Source: Octopus vulgaris (lineage: Eukaryota). Taken from it: a stretch of 64,000 nt of DNA. The notes under the pieces were generated by a model that was not told where the DNA came from, made no database searches, and saw only the letters and a list, made by a program, of their open reading frames with translations. Each line of letters opens with the position of its first letter. Positions within the stretch are counted from its first letter, which is position 1. Shown in pieces: positions 12,478 to 25,849 of this stretch. The position numbers and the translations under genes are program-made. The stretch is from assembly GCA_951406725.2 (NCBI GenBank), contig OX597825.1, positions 83,328,001 through 83,392,000 on the forward strand. Direction: 5' to 3'.

Positions 12478-12750
12478 TAGAGGCACATGGCCTAATGGTT
12501 AGGGCTGCAGACCTTGCAGTCGAGGGATCGCGGGTTCGAATCTCTGACCGGGTGATGTGTGTGTTTATGAGCGGCTCCGGCAGAAGGTATCGTCGAACTT
12601 CTGACTCTTTCGCAACAACTTTCTCTCACTCTTTCCTGCATCTTGCAGCTCACTTGCGACGGACCGGCATCCCGTCCAGGTGGGGAGCCAATACGCCAAG
12701 GAAACCAGGAAACCGACCCTTATGAGTCAGGGCTCGAGAAGGAACAAAGA
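12478..12750 (+). mobile_element. SINE family C
   Basis: A box tggcctaatgg, B box gggttcgaatct, and a gcgacggaccggcatcccgtccagg block resembling conserved metazoan SINE central domains. Confidence 0.85.
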
Positions 12751-12929
12751 AGCGAGTTGATAGTATCTTTCTATCATCGAAATAAGTCCCTTGTTATATT
12801 TGTTCCGGCTGTTTGCCTTCTGAATTCAAATCGTGCAGAACCACGTAACGGAATTTATGGTATGGTTTAATTCTTTCCCTCAAGAAATCGCTGTCTTTAA
12901 CATAAATCAGAAACGATTAAAAGCAACAA

Positions 12930-13130
12930 GATAGCAGATGGCTTAGTGCGCTGGACAATATGCTTAGCGACATTTCGTCCGTCTTTACGTTCTGAGTTCA
13001 AATTCCACCGAGGTTAACTTTGAATTTTATCACTTCGGGGTCGATGAGATAAATACAAGATGATTACAGGTGTTGATGGCTAGGCCCTCCCACCAAATTT
13101 CATGGCTTCTGTCTATAGTAGAGAGGATTA
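12930..13130 (+). mobile_element. SINE family A, degenerate
   Basis: tttcgtccgtctttacgttctgagttcaaattccaccgagg...cggggtcgat. Confidence 0.8.
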
Positions 13131-13450
13131 TTTATAGTAGCATAAAGAGGATAGAATTTTTAACTCTTTCAATATTCGTTTCATGTCAAATATGAATACT
13201 GAAGGTACTTTGTCTTTCATCCTTTCTGGAATTAATAGAATAAAATCGACGTAACGAAACTTAGGAGCTCCTCAAAATTACTGGCCCTGTTCTAAAAGGA
13301 GAAAGAACATGTGTGTGTGTGTGTGTGTGTGTGAAATTTAGGTGAGGTTTGGTAGTAAATTCGCATTCCATTCGTTTACAGCTGTTTCATAATCTTCTTA
13401 GTTTTATAATAGATATCACACACACACAGGTGTATATATATATATATTTA

Positions 13451-13504
<54 letters not shown>

Positions 13505-13505
<1 letters not shown>

Positions 13506-13704
13506 TTTATTTTAAGCAGCAGAAAATTCAACAAAATCTGTTACTCTGAGTTTCTCTAGCAAAAACTGTCTGATGAACGGCAACGAGAAACTCAGAGTAA
13601 CAGATTTTGTTGAATTTTCTGCTGCTTAAAATAAAGCATATTACTCTACCACTGGTATTTGAGTACTCTTTTTCCACCTTGTTTCACATTTATGTGTTTA
13701 CTCC

Positions 13705-13706
<2 letters not shown>
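13505..13706 (+). mobile_element. Penelope-like end: perfect 52-bp inverted repeat, hammerhead core and 3' extension, inserted in (TA)n
   Basis: Arms 13505-13556 and 13585-13636 are exact reverse complements; the right arm ends in AATAAAG; (TA)n on both flanks. Confidence 0.75.
13565..13598 (+). ncRNA. Minimal type I hammerhead ribozyme motif
   Basis: actgt CTGATGA a cg-gcaa-cg a GAAAC TC agagt. Both core boxes intact, GCAA-capped short stem II, stem I pairs at 4 of 5 positions. Confidence 0.7.
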
Positions 13707-13764
<58 letters not shown>

Positions 13765-14794
13765 TGTGTGTGTGTGGATGTGTGTATACATGTGTATGTA
13801 CGTATGTACATATGTATTTATATATACAAGGATGCTATTCTTTGTACCCATACGCCAGCCATACGTCTTGTTGGTGCGGTAGCGTAAAGTTTGCACTCGT
13901 TTAACCTCACAGAGCGATCTCGCTGGCAAAGCTCACGACATAAAGTGGAAAGCATTTTTTGTTTGTGACAATCAGTGTTTAATATATCTGAGATTATTTT
14001 CTTCGCTATATGCAAACCCTATTCATTTTTTATCAATTGGGTGTAAATTTGCGAGAAATATCGATTGCCTTACTCTTTTGCATGTTGTGAAAACCGTGAG
14101 GCTTTTAAGTTTGACTTGAATGCTATGTTTTGGGGTTATATGCTGCGTTTCAGCGCTGATTTCATTATTTACCAGGAACTTAGATTATTCTAAAGTAATT
14201 CTGAGAGCTTCCTTTCCCTGTACATCTTATTTTCTTTCTTTCTGTTTACTTTTGGGGCAGTTCTTCTTCCTGTTATATTCTACATTAAGTTAAGTAGACT
14301 TCATGTTGCGGTGGTCAGCTTCATAACATTCTGATTCGTATTCAAGCTGCTACGAATAATCCGGATAGGACCTGCCAGTTAATTCTAGCATAAGATTTCG
14401 CCAGTGTACACCTACATTAAAAAAATGCATAAACTTATAGAGGTACGGCACGATACCTCGATATTTCAATATGGGACAGCAATATATATATATATATATA
14501 TATACAAAATTTCATTGCTAGAATTTCTCTTGCGCAGGGCCCTCAGATCATTTCCAATAAATAGAGCAATATATAAAACGAATATCAGAGAATAAAATAA
14601 GTACTCTTTAACCAAAGATATTCTAAAAGTTTTATAGACCAATCCAAATATAAGCATTAAACGGTGAAAGTATATCGTCCGGTTTCATAGGCGCGTGTAA
14701 TAATGGGGTAATAATTACCATGTTATTCAAAGATCTCCAATAAGTTAATAATGAATGAAGTATATGAGAATATACAGAATTAAAACAAGCATTA

Positions 14795-15010
14795 TTATTC
14801 TTTTGTACTCTAGGCACAAGGCCCGAAATTTTGGGGGAGGGGCCAGTCGATTAGATCAACCCCAGTAGGTTACTGGTACTTAATTTATCGACCCCGAAAG
14901 AATGAAAGGCAAAGTCGATCTCGGCGGAATTTGCACTTAGAATGTAACGACAGACGAAATACCTCTAATCATTTCGCCCGCGTGCTAACGTTTCTGTCAG
15001 CTCGTCGTCT
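14795..15010 (-). mobile_element. SINE family A (alternative tail)
   Basis: Full head and body. Confidence 0.9.
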
Positions 15011-15027
15011 TAAAATATATAAAAATT

Positions 15028-15240
15028 ATTTTCTGCTTTAAGCACAAGGCCCGAAATTTCAGGGGAGGGACCAGTCAATTAGATCAACCCCAGTGCGAAA
15101 GTGTTACTTAATTTATCGACCCCGAAAGGATGAAAGGCAAAGTCGATCTTGGCGGAATTTGAACTCAGAACGTAAAGACACACGATATACCACTACGCAC
15201 TTCTCCTGGCGTGCTAACGTTTCGGCCAGCTCACCACCTT
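15028..15240 (-). mobile_element. SINE family A (alternative tail), tandem with the previous copy
   Basis: Full head and body. Confidence 0.9.
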
Positions 15241-15270
15241 AGTAGAGAGGATTATTATTACAGCCAAGCA

Positions 15271-15590
15271 GAGGCAGCGAGCTGGCTGAATCATTAAGCG
15301 CAATGCGATATTTCACCCGCCTTTACGTCTTGAGTTCAAATTCCGCCTAGATTGAGTATACTTTCATCTCTTCGATATCAATAACAGAAATACCATTGGA
15401 ATATTGGGGTCAGTGTTATCGACTTACCGCTTACTTCCGAAATTGCTGGCCTTGTACCAGGATTTGAATTCATTATAATAGCCAAACTAAAGACGGTGCA
15501 CTGGCAGAATGGTAAGCATTCCAGACAAAATTCGTCTGCTTTGACGTCCTGAATGAAAATTCCACCGAAGTCGCTTTCGCATTTCTTCCT
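15271..15590 (+). mobile_element. Two degenerate SINE family A copies
   Basis: Heads at ~15272 (ggcagcgagctggc) and ~15494 (cggtgcactggcag). Confidence 0.75.
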
Positions 15591-15970
15591 TTATTCTTCT
15601 ATTTGTTTCAGTCACTTGACCACGGCCATGCTGGAGCACCACCTTTAGTCGAGCAAATCGACCCCAGGACTTATTCTTTGTAAGCCTAGTGCTGTCGAGT
15701 CACTTGCCGAACCGCTAAATGATGGGAACGCAAACACACCAGCATCGGTTGTCAAGCGATGTTGGGGGGACAAACACAGACACACATGCACACACGCACA
15801 CTAACACAAACAGACACACACACATATATATACGACGGGCTTCCTTCAGCTCCGTCGTCGATCCAAGGCTATAGCAGAAGACACTTACCCAAGGTGCCAC
15901 GAAGTGGGACTAAACCCGGAACCATGTTGTTGGTAAGCAAGTTACTTACCACACAGCCACTCCTGCGCCT
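15590..15970 (-). mobile_element. SINE family B (internal deletions)
   Basis: Head ggcgcaggagtggctgtgtggtaag through tail tgactgaaacaaatag. Confidence 0.92.
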
Positions 15971-16103
15971 TTGCGGAAAGATAATATAATGTGCCAGCTG
16001 AATAATGGAATCAATGTAAGCGATTAGCCTAATCTTAACGAGAATATTCCAGGCCTTGTGCCTTTAGAAGAAAGAAGAATTATAGTTATTCTCGGAGGAG
16101 ATG

Positions 16104-16330
16104 AGGCGGCAGAAGCGTTAGCGGTTCGGAAAAGATATTCCTGTGCTGTTATTTGTTCCGGCTACTTATATACCTATTCTGATTTCAAATCTCACAGCGA
16201 TCCACTTAGTCATTCATTTCTACGGAGTAAGTGAAATAAAGTACTGTTGAAGTACCGGAACCGATGGTATCGACTAACAACATACCTCTGCTTAAAAATT
16301 ACTGGCTTCGTGCCTGTATCAGAAACCGCA
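16104..16330 (+). mobile_element. SINE family A, highly degenerate
   Basis: ggcggcagaagcgttagc...ttctgatttcaaat...aataaagtac. Confidence 0.6.
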
Positions 16331-16609
16331 ATTATAACAACTTTCCAATAATTTTATGACGAAAATAAAAGAATAAACGAAATGCAAACAAACCCAAAAA
16401 GAAATGGAGTTCAATATTTTGTTGAAACTTTATCTTTGTAATCGATACGGTGACGACAAAAATAGTTCATCATCTTCATAATAGAATTATTGATTTTGAA
16501 AATATTATTAAACATCGAATAACTTATTTCTATTTCCAAACTTTATGGATAGACAATAAAATATATAACAATTTCTGTTCTTGAAATGATAGAACTATGT
16601 AGAAGACAG

Positions 16610-16675
<66 letters not shown>

Positions 16676-16700
16676 GTTATCATCATTATTGTTATCATCA

Positions 16701-16761
<61 letters not shown>

Positions 16762-16798
16762 CATTATTATTATTGTTATTATTATTATTATTATTATT
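16610..16798. repeat. (ATT)n microsatellite
   Basis: Direct. Confidence 0.98.
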
Positions 16799-17429
16799 CC
16801 TTATTTGGCCCCAAATGGTTATTGACTTAGAATTTTGAAATTGTTCCATTTCATTTCTCATCAGTATTTATTGAGAAAAGGGTAGAAGAGTTCAAACTGT
16901 AAAAATATTAATCAGTTGAGATAATTAACGAGGCCATAAATAATACCGGTTTCTTCATTTTATTGCTTAAGGTTTGCACATACTCAAGTATGCCTTTATT
17001 AGTCAAGCTTATTTACTTAGTTAACCCAAGCGATTTCATCATTGTTGATAAGAAAAAAATGCTATATATTTATGAGAAGCATGTTCCTCACGTGTAACGA
17101 TGGAGGGGAAAAACCTAGGCTCCAAACGCCTAAGAAAATAACGACAGATGTTTTTTGTTAGTGTTTGGCCCTATGATAACCTACATTTGTTCGACATGAT
17201 CATAGTCGGTCCGGTCGTGACCACTTAGCTTATTCTTCAAACTGATGACTATGCAGACACTTCATTTTTGATGGGTCTATGTTTTGTGGTTGTCTAATAT
17301 ATTCAAGTGTGACATGAGGAAATGTTTGGTTGTTATCCCTAGTATGCATAAAAGCCATGCAGTTGTTCAGTAGTCGGCGCGGTGTCGCTGATTGTCAGTA
17401 ATACTTAAATACTATCAACTTCCAACTGT

Positions 17430-17621
17430 TATGTAGTAGCAGCAGGTTTAGTATTAGTACTACTAGCAGTGTTTGTTGTAATGGTAATAGCTACAACAAT
17501 ACTGGAGGTAGCAGCACGGCGGTAACGCGGTGGCGGCAGTACCGCGGCCGAAGCACAGTGACGGCAACAATAGTAACAGCAGCGGTAGTAGTAGTAGTAG
17601 CAGCAGCAGCAGCAGCGGTAA

Positions 17622-17662
<41 letters not shown>
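17430..17662. repeat. (AGT)n/(AGC)n compound array
   Basis: Direct. Confidence 0.9.
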
Positions 17663-18874
17663 CATTTCGTCGAACATGTTATCGTCGTTTACTTTTTATC
17701 CCGAAATCAGATCATGACTTCTCTTATACTCTCGGACTTTGCCAAAATTGCGCCGTTTTATCGAATATATTATTCCTATTTTTATACATCGTTGTATAAT
17801 TAGAGAGAGATACAGCTGCTATTATTAACAGACGAAATGAGAAATTCATGCTTAGTCTCGAACTTTCAATTATGTTATTGAGCTGTAGAGGAGGTTTCAT
17901 ATACAGTCTCTCCCGGGAGGATGATCTGCTGTGCAAGGTTATTCTGGGAAATAACGCAGAGATCTAACAAAACTTACTTTCTTCCAAATGATGTAAGGGA
18001 GAAAGAGGGAGGGAGAGAGAGAGACAAACAGATAGACAGACAGAGAGACAGCGGAACACCAAGCGAGAGCGTGGGAAGACGCAGAAGTGTAAGGGCGGAC
18101 TCGTGTGTACATGTGCTGAGGATTTGTGAAAGCTTTTAGTGGGTCAAGGCTTTTGTATTAAATGAAATGCCTTTGCATAACATCAACAATGAATCAATGA
18201 ACCAATGAGCAACAACAGACATAACAACGTAGATGCCTTTGTTATTGTGGCACAAGGTCACCTGTTTCGAAGGAAGAGCATAAGTCGATTACATCGATCC
18301 CGGTACCTGAGTGGGCACTTTTATATCGATCTCGAAATAATGAAAGGCAAAGTTCACCTCGACAGGATTTCATACTTTCTATTTATAAATATGTAAAGAA
18401 AGTATAATAATGATACATGATTTTCAGGATGTCTGCAGTTATATGTATAAAGCCGGAATTGCAAAGAATACAACCCATGGATGATGAAATATTGAAGAAC
18501 TTACCGAAATAGTATAGCTACACAATTTAGCAACAACTTTATGCTATTATATATTATAATCGATAATAATTGATTTCTGGAAGTAATTTATTGTTTTAGA
18601 GTTATATTTATTTTGCAGTTGACATGGTCAGATATCATCGTTTGAAATGGAATCAATTACGTCGTGAAGGGGTCATCATGGATATTAGAGAAAAACACAA
18701 AAAAACCTACCAAACACTTTTCGTTTATTTTTAAAATGGTATTAAGTATTAGGAAGTAGTTAAGTCTTTCATCATTCACAATTTTAATGCATCATAATTC
18801 TCTTAATTAAGATAGCACAGATTCAGAGACCAGAACAAGCAGCAGAGATTCTAGAGCCGACCACGAAATAGATG

Positions 18875-19100
18875 AAGTAATGATCAGAGCCTTGCAGTCA
18901 TGATCGCAATATCCTAGTTTCGATTAACTTTGTAGGCGGTAAGTATTTCCTCCATTTAAATTTACCCTAATCTACTCAGCTGTGAAGGAATAACTCTGCG
19001 ACGGACTGGCGTCGCGTTTAGGAAGAATTAGTATCATCTCGGCTGTTTATTCTCCGGCACGGGGACGAACAAATGATCACCTCAGTCCTAGGACTCGAGA
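18875..19100 (+). mobile_element. Old tRNA-SINE relic (family C/D-like)
   Basis: gtttcgatt B-box remnant, ctactcagctgtg, and ctgcgacggactggcgtc similar to 12652-12680. Confidence 0.5.
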
Positions 19101-20483
19101 GTAGCAATGTATTTTCTTTACTATGGAATATAATTTTCTTGCCAATCTACTACCGCTTATATAAGTTCTGCCATAATGCTCCTCTAGAGGAGAACATTCC
19201 CACCGAGGGCCACTAATCCAAAATGAGTAACGGATAATATTTGAAACGAAAAACCATCCAGTAGATTAAAGTAATATTTTCTCATGAACATTTCGTTTAA
19301 AAAAAAATTTATAGTTAATTATTTTAAAGAATCATACATTTTAAACAGATATTTTCGACTTCAACCACATTGGTAAAGACCATCCTGGAGCAACGGCGCA
19401 AGAATGTGAAACGGTGTGAAGTGAAACAATAGTTGAAAGTAAATCACCGAAAGTCATTCGATTAACTCAGAGGTAATATAAAAGTAATTTTAAAGGTGTG
19501 AGATTTGAAATCAAAAAGTCACAAAACTTTACGTGGAATGAGAAACCCCTGAGCCCGCAATGGTCATTTTCTTTTATATAGTGACGTATTATCAGATGAT
19601 AAAAAAATGTAGTTCACTAATACAATGGACAGTTTTACGATTATTCAAAATGGAAGTAAGATGGGGAGCTGACAGAATTGTTAGAGCGCATTCTTTCCAG
19701 ATCTTTACGTTTTCTCTTCAAATTTCGCCGCGGCTGATTTTGGCTTTTAGAATTTCGAGATCGATAAACAAGCACCATTTAACCACTGGGGACGATGTGA
19801 ATGGTTATTTCATTCACCTTAAAGTTGTTGGCATTATGTCAAAATTTGAAACTGTTTCTAAAACCTAAACAGATTTACTTACGCCATCAATCTTTAAATT
19901 GTTAATTAAACTATAATTGACTTTAACAAAATTCAGAAGTTGCATTTCGTCCATTCATAAATTGTCATATTATACAAGCAATCACTCACGCCATTCTTTC
20001 TAATTTTTGGATATTTTAATAACTGTCCATCAAACTCTGTGTTCGATGTTCTGATGTCTTCGCTTTTTCAACTATTTAAGAAAAGATGAGATGTTCCCAG
20101 CCGTATTCTCTTAAGCAAATTGACATCTTGCCCTTTCTTATGCCGAATGTCTTTGAAAAAGCTGTAGAAAATGGTGGAATGGTTAACTGCAACTAAATAC
20201 TTCAAAATGGCACACAGCAAAAATTTCAATAGAATTTTCAGATAACCTACAACAAAACCACCAATGTTGTCCAGCTTATATTTCAAGGTATTTTATCTCA
20301 ATTACTTCTTAAATGTGCTCTGAAAGGGTTCAACATCTATTTTTCTGAATTTAGGTCAATATGCGCCGTGCCCTTTATGTGCTTGATCCCTTATACATGA
20401 ACTTGATATTCCAAATAAAACATTCTTAAAGCAACATTTTAAAAATTTCTTTTGACTTGCGCGCGCACACACACACACACACG

Positions 20484-20515
<32 letters not shown>

Positions 20516-20710
20516 ACTTTTGGACTAATGGGTATATGTCAATTAGTGTGTTGATGTGCTGAGTAAAGCACTGGCACTGCTTGGGCTATTTGGTGACATC
20601 TGTAGTTGGGATGCATTTCCGTTGGATCTACTTCAGGAATTCCACACTGTTACTTGAGATAACAATCGATTGAGGAAGCAGAAGATGGATTTGGTATTAT
20701 TCTTTATTCC

Positions 20711-20799
20711 GTACAACGATCGTTTCGACCCACCCTACGACTGTCGTTTGTGGGTGGCATATTGTGCATCAATTTCGCAGTCTGGGCCCCGTCATGTAC
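20711..20799 (-). ncRNA. Degenerate hammerhead motif with long stem II insertion, in a ~315 bp island between (TA)n tracts (20513-20830)
   Basis: Minus: gtac ATGACGG ggccc...gggtc GAAAC gatc GTT gtac ggAATAAA. Stem I gtac/gtac, stem II ggccc/gggtc, palindromic AACGATCGTT; first core box has 2 substitutions. Confidence 0.55.
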
Positions 20800-20828
20800 A
20801 TAAAAGTGTAAACGATCCTCGTACACAA

Positions 20829-20877
<49 letters not shown>

Positions 20878-20993
20878 ATATAAGTATAGTGTTATATAAG
20901 TTTTTATCTCTACGGTTTTAATGCATGCTAGCCACTGATATTATTATATAATAATAATTTTATACTTCATATATATATATATCAAAAGGATAT

Positions 20994-21214
20994 ATATTTC
21001 TTTTTTGCCAACAGGGGGCTAAACACAGAGGGGACAAACAAAGGGATTAAGTCGATTACATCGACCCCAGTGCGTAACTTGTACATATTTATCGACCCTG
21101 AAAGGATTAAAGGCAAAGTCGACCTCGGCGGAATTTGAACTTAGAACGTAACTGCCGACGAAATACCGCTAAGCATTTTGCCGACATGCTAACGATTCTG
21201 CCAGCTCGCCGCCT
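20994..21214 (-). mobile_element. SINE family A, full length
   Basis: 15-bp TSD atatcaaaaggatat (20979-20993 / 21219-21233). Confidence 0.94.
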
Positions 21215-21305
21215 TTACATATCAAAAGGATATGTTTTATAATACTATTCCACAGCCATACCGACAATCCAACATACCTCCATCATCAGCTGCCCCACGT
21301 TTTTA

Positions 21306-21319
21306 TAGATAGATTGCTG

Positions 21320-21400
<81 letters not shown>
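21306..21400. repeat. (GATA)n microsatellite
   Basis: Direct. Confidence 0.98.
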
Positions 21401-21401
<1 letters not shown>

Positions 21402-22020
21402 AATACGTAAACATTCATCGAAACATATATATTAATAGGCACATAATACTGGCTTCAAGTGATATAAATGTTGAGACAGTTTTGAGAGAATTTTGAACTT
21501 CTTCATTTCCTTAAAGGATCGAACTCGTAATTACAAGAAAGCACCAGAAGCCCGAAATTTACTCAACTGTGTATGTATTAACATCGACAAGTTCAATTAT
21601 TGCACTAATATTATGGTACGTTTAAGAACAAGAATTTAATTCTGGAAGGAATTTTATAAAAGCAATACCAAAATACATTACTTGGAACATTTTAAAAGGC
21701 CCATTACGCAATATGAGTAAATCTACTTTCAAAAATGAATTTTTAAAATTCTTGAAAGGAAAAGACAGTATCAAAAAATGTATATATGCAAAATAGGAAG
21801 AAATGAAGCGAAGGTTATTATATAAAATATTAATATCTACGTTTAATGTAAGGACATATGAAGTAATGGAACGTAATTGTCAAGACAGATGCACGCAGTT
21901 GCGTATATGTGTGCGTGTGTGTGTGTTTGTGTGTATGGATGTATGTATGCTTATGTATATGTGCGTGCGTGTCTTATGTATATATGCAGGTATGTGTGTG
22001 TATATCTGTGTGTTTACATG

Positions 22021-22096
<76 letters not shown>

Positions 22097-23391
22097 TATG
22101 TATATGTATTTGCGTATGTATATATATATACTTATATGTATATATAAGCATCGCTAAATACACACACATTTATACATATATAATTGTGTTTATATGCATA
22201 TATAATTTATAGGCATATACATATATATGTGTGTGTGTATACTGTATATAAATATATATGTGTGTACGTGTGTGTGTGTGTCCAGAGAAAGACAGACAGA
22301 GCAAGTAAAACGACTAAATGTGAGAGACAAAACAGGGAGTGAAAGAGGTAACAGAAAAAATGAAAATTGTGTCCGCAGCCTGCCATCGTGTTACGAAATT
22401 GAAATCCTTCTTTAATGGAGTAAGTTTTCCCACGAAAGTAATTCTTGGAGCAGATCAAGTATGTTTTCACGTTTCTGAGTTTGAACAGAGAATCTTTTTT
22501 TTTTCCATTATATTTTCTTGTAGAATATTATCTCACTGTTCTTGTGAAAATCTTAGATTCTCTGACATACTTGATATATTACCGAACTCCTTATTCGGAT
22601 TCAGATGTTTGTTAAACCTAAAAGCTTTAATCCATTTTATTTCGCTACCTCTGACTAGTTATTATAGCATATTGGCAGAGAAGACGGACTGTGGTAGCAG
22701 ATTTCGAAATATTTACGTGTCCAGAATGTTACCATAGCTATGTTTGGATGTTAATTTACGCAAGGAAAGTCTGTGTGTATTCTATGTCGGCGCTGACTCT
22801 TTGTAAAACGAAATGTATTTTGTAGTCACGTAGAATCCATTTTCCAACTAGTGTTCGTAATTGCACTATTTCTGTTTCGGTTTGCCTTATATCAAGGGTT
22901 TTTTTAATTTCTCAATGTTGACTAGTCAAAGTTCGAGTTGCATCGCAAGTTTTTCCTTAATACCTCCCACTATGTCAGTCTCAGTTGCAGATGTTCGTTC
23001 ACAACTTCCTTATTTTTAAGATTATAGTCACGACTATAAAAAATTCGTGCAATCCTTATTCAGCTGTAAGTTAAGTGACAGTTCGTTGATAAAATGTTTG
23101 GTTGATTACGCGAGTAATTTCCGAGGATCTGTGTCCTGTTTCAAAATCTCACAAGGAAATCACTTTAATTACTTTTTTCTCACAATTTCTTTCGCAAAGA
23201 ATAAGGGAGAAAAGGACAAATGAGGCATGCATAGATTTGGAAAATATATAGCATAATCCTGTCAACCGAAAGCTGTTCTTTAAATTCATTAGAATATGAA
23301 TATGATTAAGTAAAATAGTTTAAAATAGCAAAACTCAAAAATTGCCATTAATTATATTCCAGATAATACCGATTAAATAAATTAATCTAAT

Positions 23392-23908
23392 TACGAGTTG
23401 GTATCAAAATGTCCTCAGACTACTTCTGTAGTGCGCCAACAGATGGCAGCACATGGTTGCGTGAGCAGTACGTGCTAGCACACGCCGTTATGAGGTAGCG
23501 CTCCGAGTGGCATCTCTGTGTTTACTTTGCAATTTAAAAATTTGTGTTTTTGTGATCAGGTGTAGGCGGTAGTGAGCAATTATTTCATGGGCAGGAAGTT
23601 GGTACAAAGAGCCAACGTGAAATTTTATGTTATACTCTGGAAGTCTGCTAGAGAAACATTGAGCATGTTTCTGTATGACCCTGAGACGAATCAGCAGTCA
23701 TCACAATGAAAGAACCCTTCATCTCCACGACTGAAGAAAGCACAACAGAGTCGCAGCTCAATCAAGGGCAAGCTCGTCGACTTTTTCGACATCTGGGTTA
23801 CCGTACATCGAGAAATCCCCCCCCCCACCGGGCCAAACTGTCAATCGAAAGTTGAAGCGTTTGAAGAAGGGCATTCGATAAGAGCGTGGAGGATTGTATT
23901 GAATTAGT
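23392..23908 (+). mobile_element. Mariner transposon relic, internally deleted
   Basis: From ATG 23587: MGRKLVQRANVKFYVILWKSARETLSM fused to YDPETNQQSSQ*KNPSSPRLKKAQQSRSSIKGKLVDFFD...GQTVN (mariner N-terminus and post-DE region). TIR-like tacgag..ggtatcaaaa at 23392. Confidence 0.88.
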
Positions 23909-24159
23909 AAGTTTCTTTTTTTAATTAGATTCATCAAAGATTACATCGAGTAAGAACTATAACAGATTCTAACAAACACACCAAAATAATTGCTACACAT
24001 TTTATTTTTATTGCTTTAAAGTATTTTCTATTATGAAGGCCAGTTGTTTGCGCCCATATTAAAACTTACAGAATCATCATTGCCCCTTCGTGAGGAGGGG
24101 GTGTAATTCGTTTAACAAAACAAATTTTAACAGCATATTATCATCACTAATATCTTATC

Positions 24160-24380
24160 TATTTATTGCCCACAAGGGCTAAACATGGAGGGGACAAGCA
24201 AGGACAGCAAACGGATTACGTCGATTACATCGACACCAGTGTGTAACTGGTACTTAATTTATCGACCCCGAAAGGTGGAAAGTCGACCTCGGCGGAATTT
24301 GAACTCAAAACGTAAAGACAGACGAAATACCGCTAAGCATTTCGCCCGGTGTGCTAACGATTCTGCCAGCTTGCCGCCTT
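24160..24380 (-). mobile_element. SINE family A, full length
   Basis: Head to tail; degenerate TSD ttatcatcactaatatctt / ttatcaccattcatatctt. Confidence 0.92.
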
Positions 24381-24507
24381 TATCACCATTCATATCTTGT
24401 CAATCGCATGACGATTACTCCTGCATATTCTCTTCCTATTTATCTCTATTGAGACCCATCAATGCATTGCGAGTAAATTCGATAGAGACTACTTGTGTGA
24501 AAATCAG

Positions 24508-24590
<83 letters not shown>

Positions 24591-24644
24591 CACTCACACT
24601 CGCACATACATACATACACACATGCATACAAACTTACGTATTTA

Positions 24645-24750
24645 CTCATTTTATCGACTCCGAAAGGATGAAAGGTAAAGTCGACCAAAGCTGAATTTGA
24701 ACTCAGAACGCAAAGACGGACAAAATGCGGCAAAACATTTTTCCCGGCAC
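24645..24750 (-). mobile_element. SINE family A fragment
   Basis: ttttatcgactccgaaaggatgaaagg.aaagtcgacc...atttgaactcagaacg. Confidence 0.85.
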
Positions 24751-25651
24751 GGGCAGCGCGCCATTGGACTTCCGTCCAATGACGGAAGCGAGCGCGATTT
24801 AGAGACAAAGCAGACAACAAATATGTATGAAGTATCAATGAGGACTCTCTTAAAACAAAAGAAGATATTTTGTTTTCATTGAATTTCAATGCGTCGATTA
24901 GAGTATATATATTTATTTAAAACATATTATAGCAGTTTGCTTTATTTACAACGTTGAACCATGAAAACAGTGTCCATTGGCATCATGCTTCCTAATTGTT
25001 AAACATTTAACATTTCAATAAATTCTTTAGAAGAACCTTCTGGTTGTTCAAGATCGCTTGTGTTCTTTATTTCTCGCGATTTCGAGTTTTCAAAAATGAA
25101 AGGAGAACATGTCCTTTTGTACATACCGACAGCATGATGTCTTGTAGAAACAGATATACTTTAAAAGTGAGGAGAATATATTCAAGTGGTTCGTTAACAA
25201 TACTGCGATAATTACAAGCTGCAGAAGCTTAGGGAAAAACGATCGCGCGAAAATTCTACTCAAATAGAAGCATCAGCTGCTGTAAATGTTCGGAAATCTT
25301 TACAAGCAGTTTCATGCGAAATATTAAAAAAAAATTATTATTGCTTATAAATCACCCGCAGAGAACGTTTGGTTTTGATAATATACCTTATACGTACATA
25401 CATACGTAAATACATACATACAACTAAGGTAGCAAAATTACATTTTAACGAGGTGGAGAAGAAGGGGGAGGAAGTGGAATTGTCTGAAATTGACCATTTT
25501 AGTAGCAGGTTTTCAAGAATACCAATACCTGCTAAAATATGCAGGTCTCATTACTGACCGGTTCAGGAATTCTTCGAAAACGTATTTATAAAACAAACAA
25601 AAAATGTATCTAAAGAATTGGCAGGAAAAAGAGTAATGTGCAAAGACAATA

Positions 25652-25733
<82 letters not shown>

Positions 25734-25849
25734 CGATGGAATTTACAAACATCTAATGCACCGCTACGCTCGTTTCCACATATCGCATGACACTTTAGAT
25801 CACAGTCCGTATTCCTGGGATGATTGTACACACACACACACACATACAC

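Noticed and set aside
14677-14690. Minus-strand GAAACCGGAC resembling a PLE hammerhead half
   Set aside because: No first core box, and the cleavage triplet is not NUH.
18428-18512. Acceptor-like ttttcag followed by short ORF MSAVICIKPELQRIQPMDDEILKNLPK
   Set aside because: Too short, no recognisable homology, ends in a stop.
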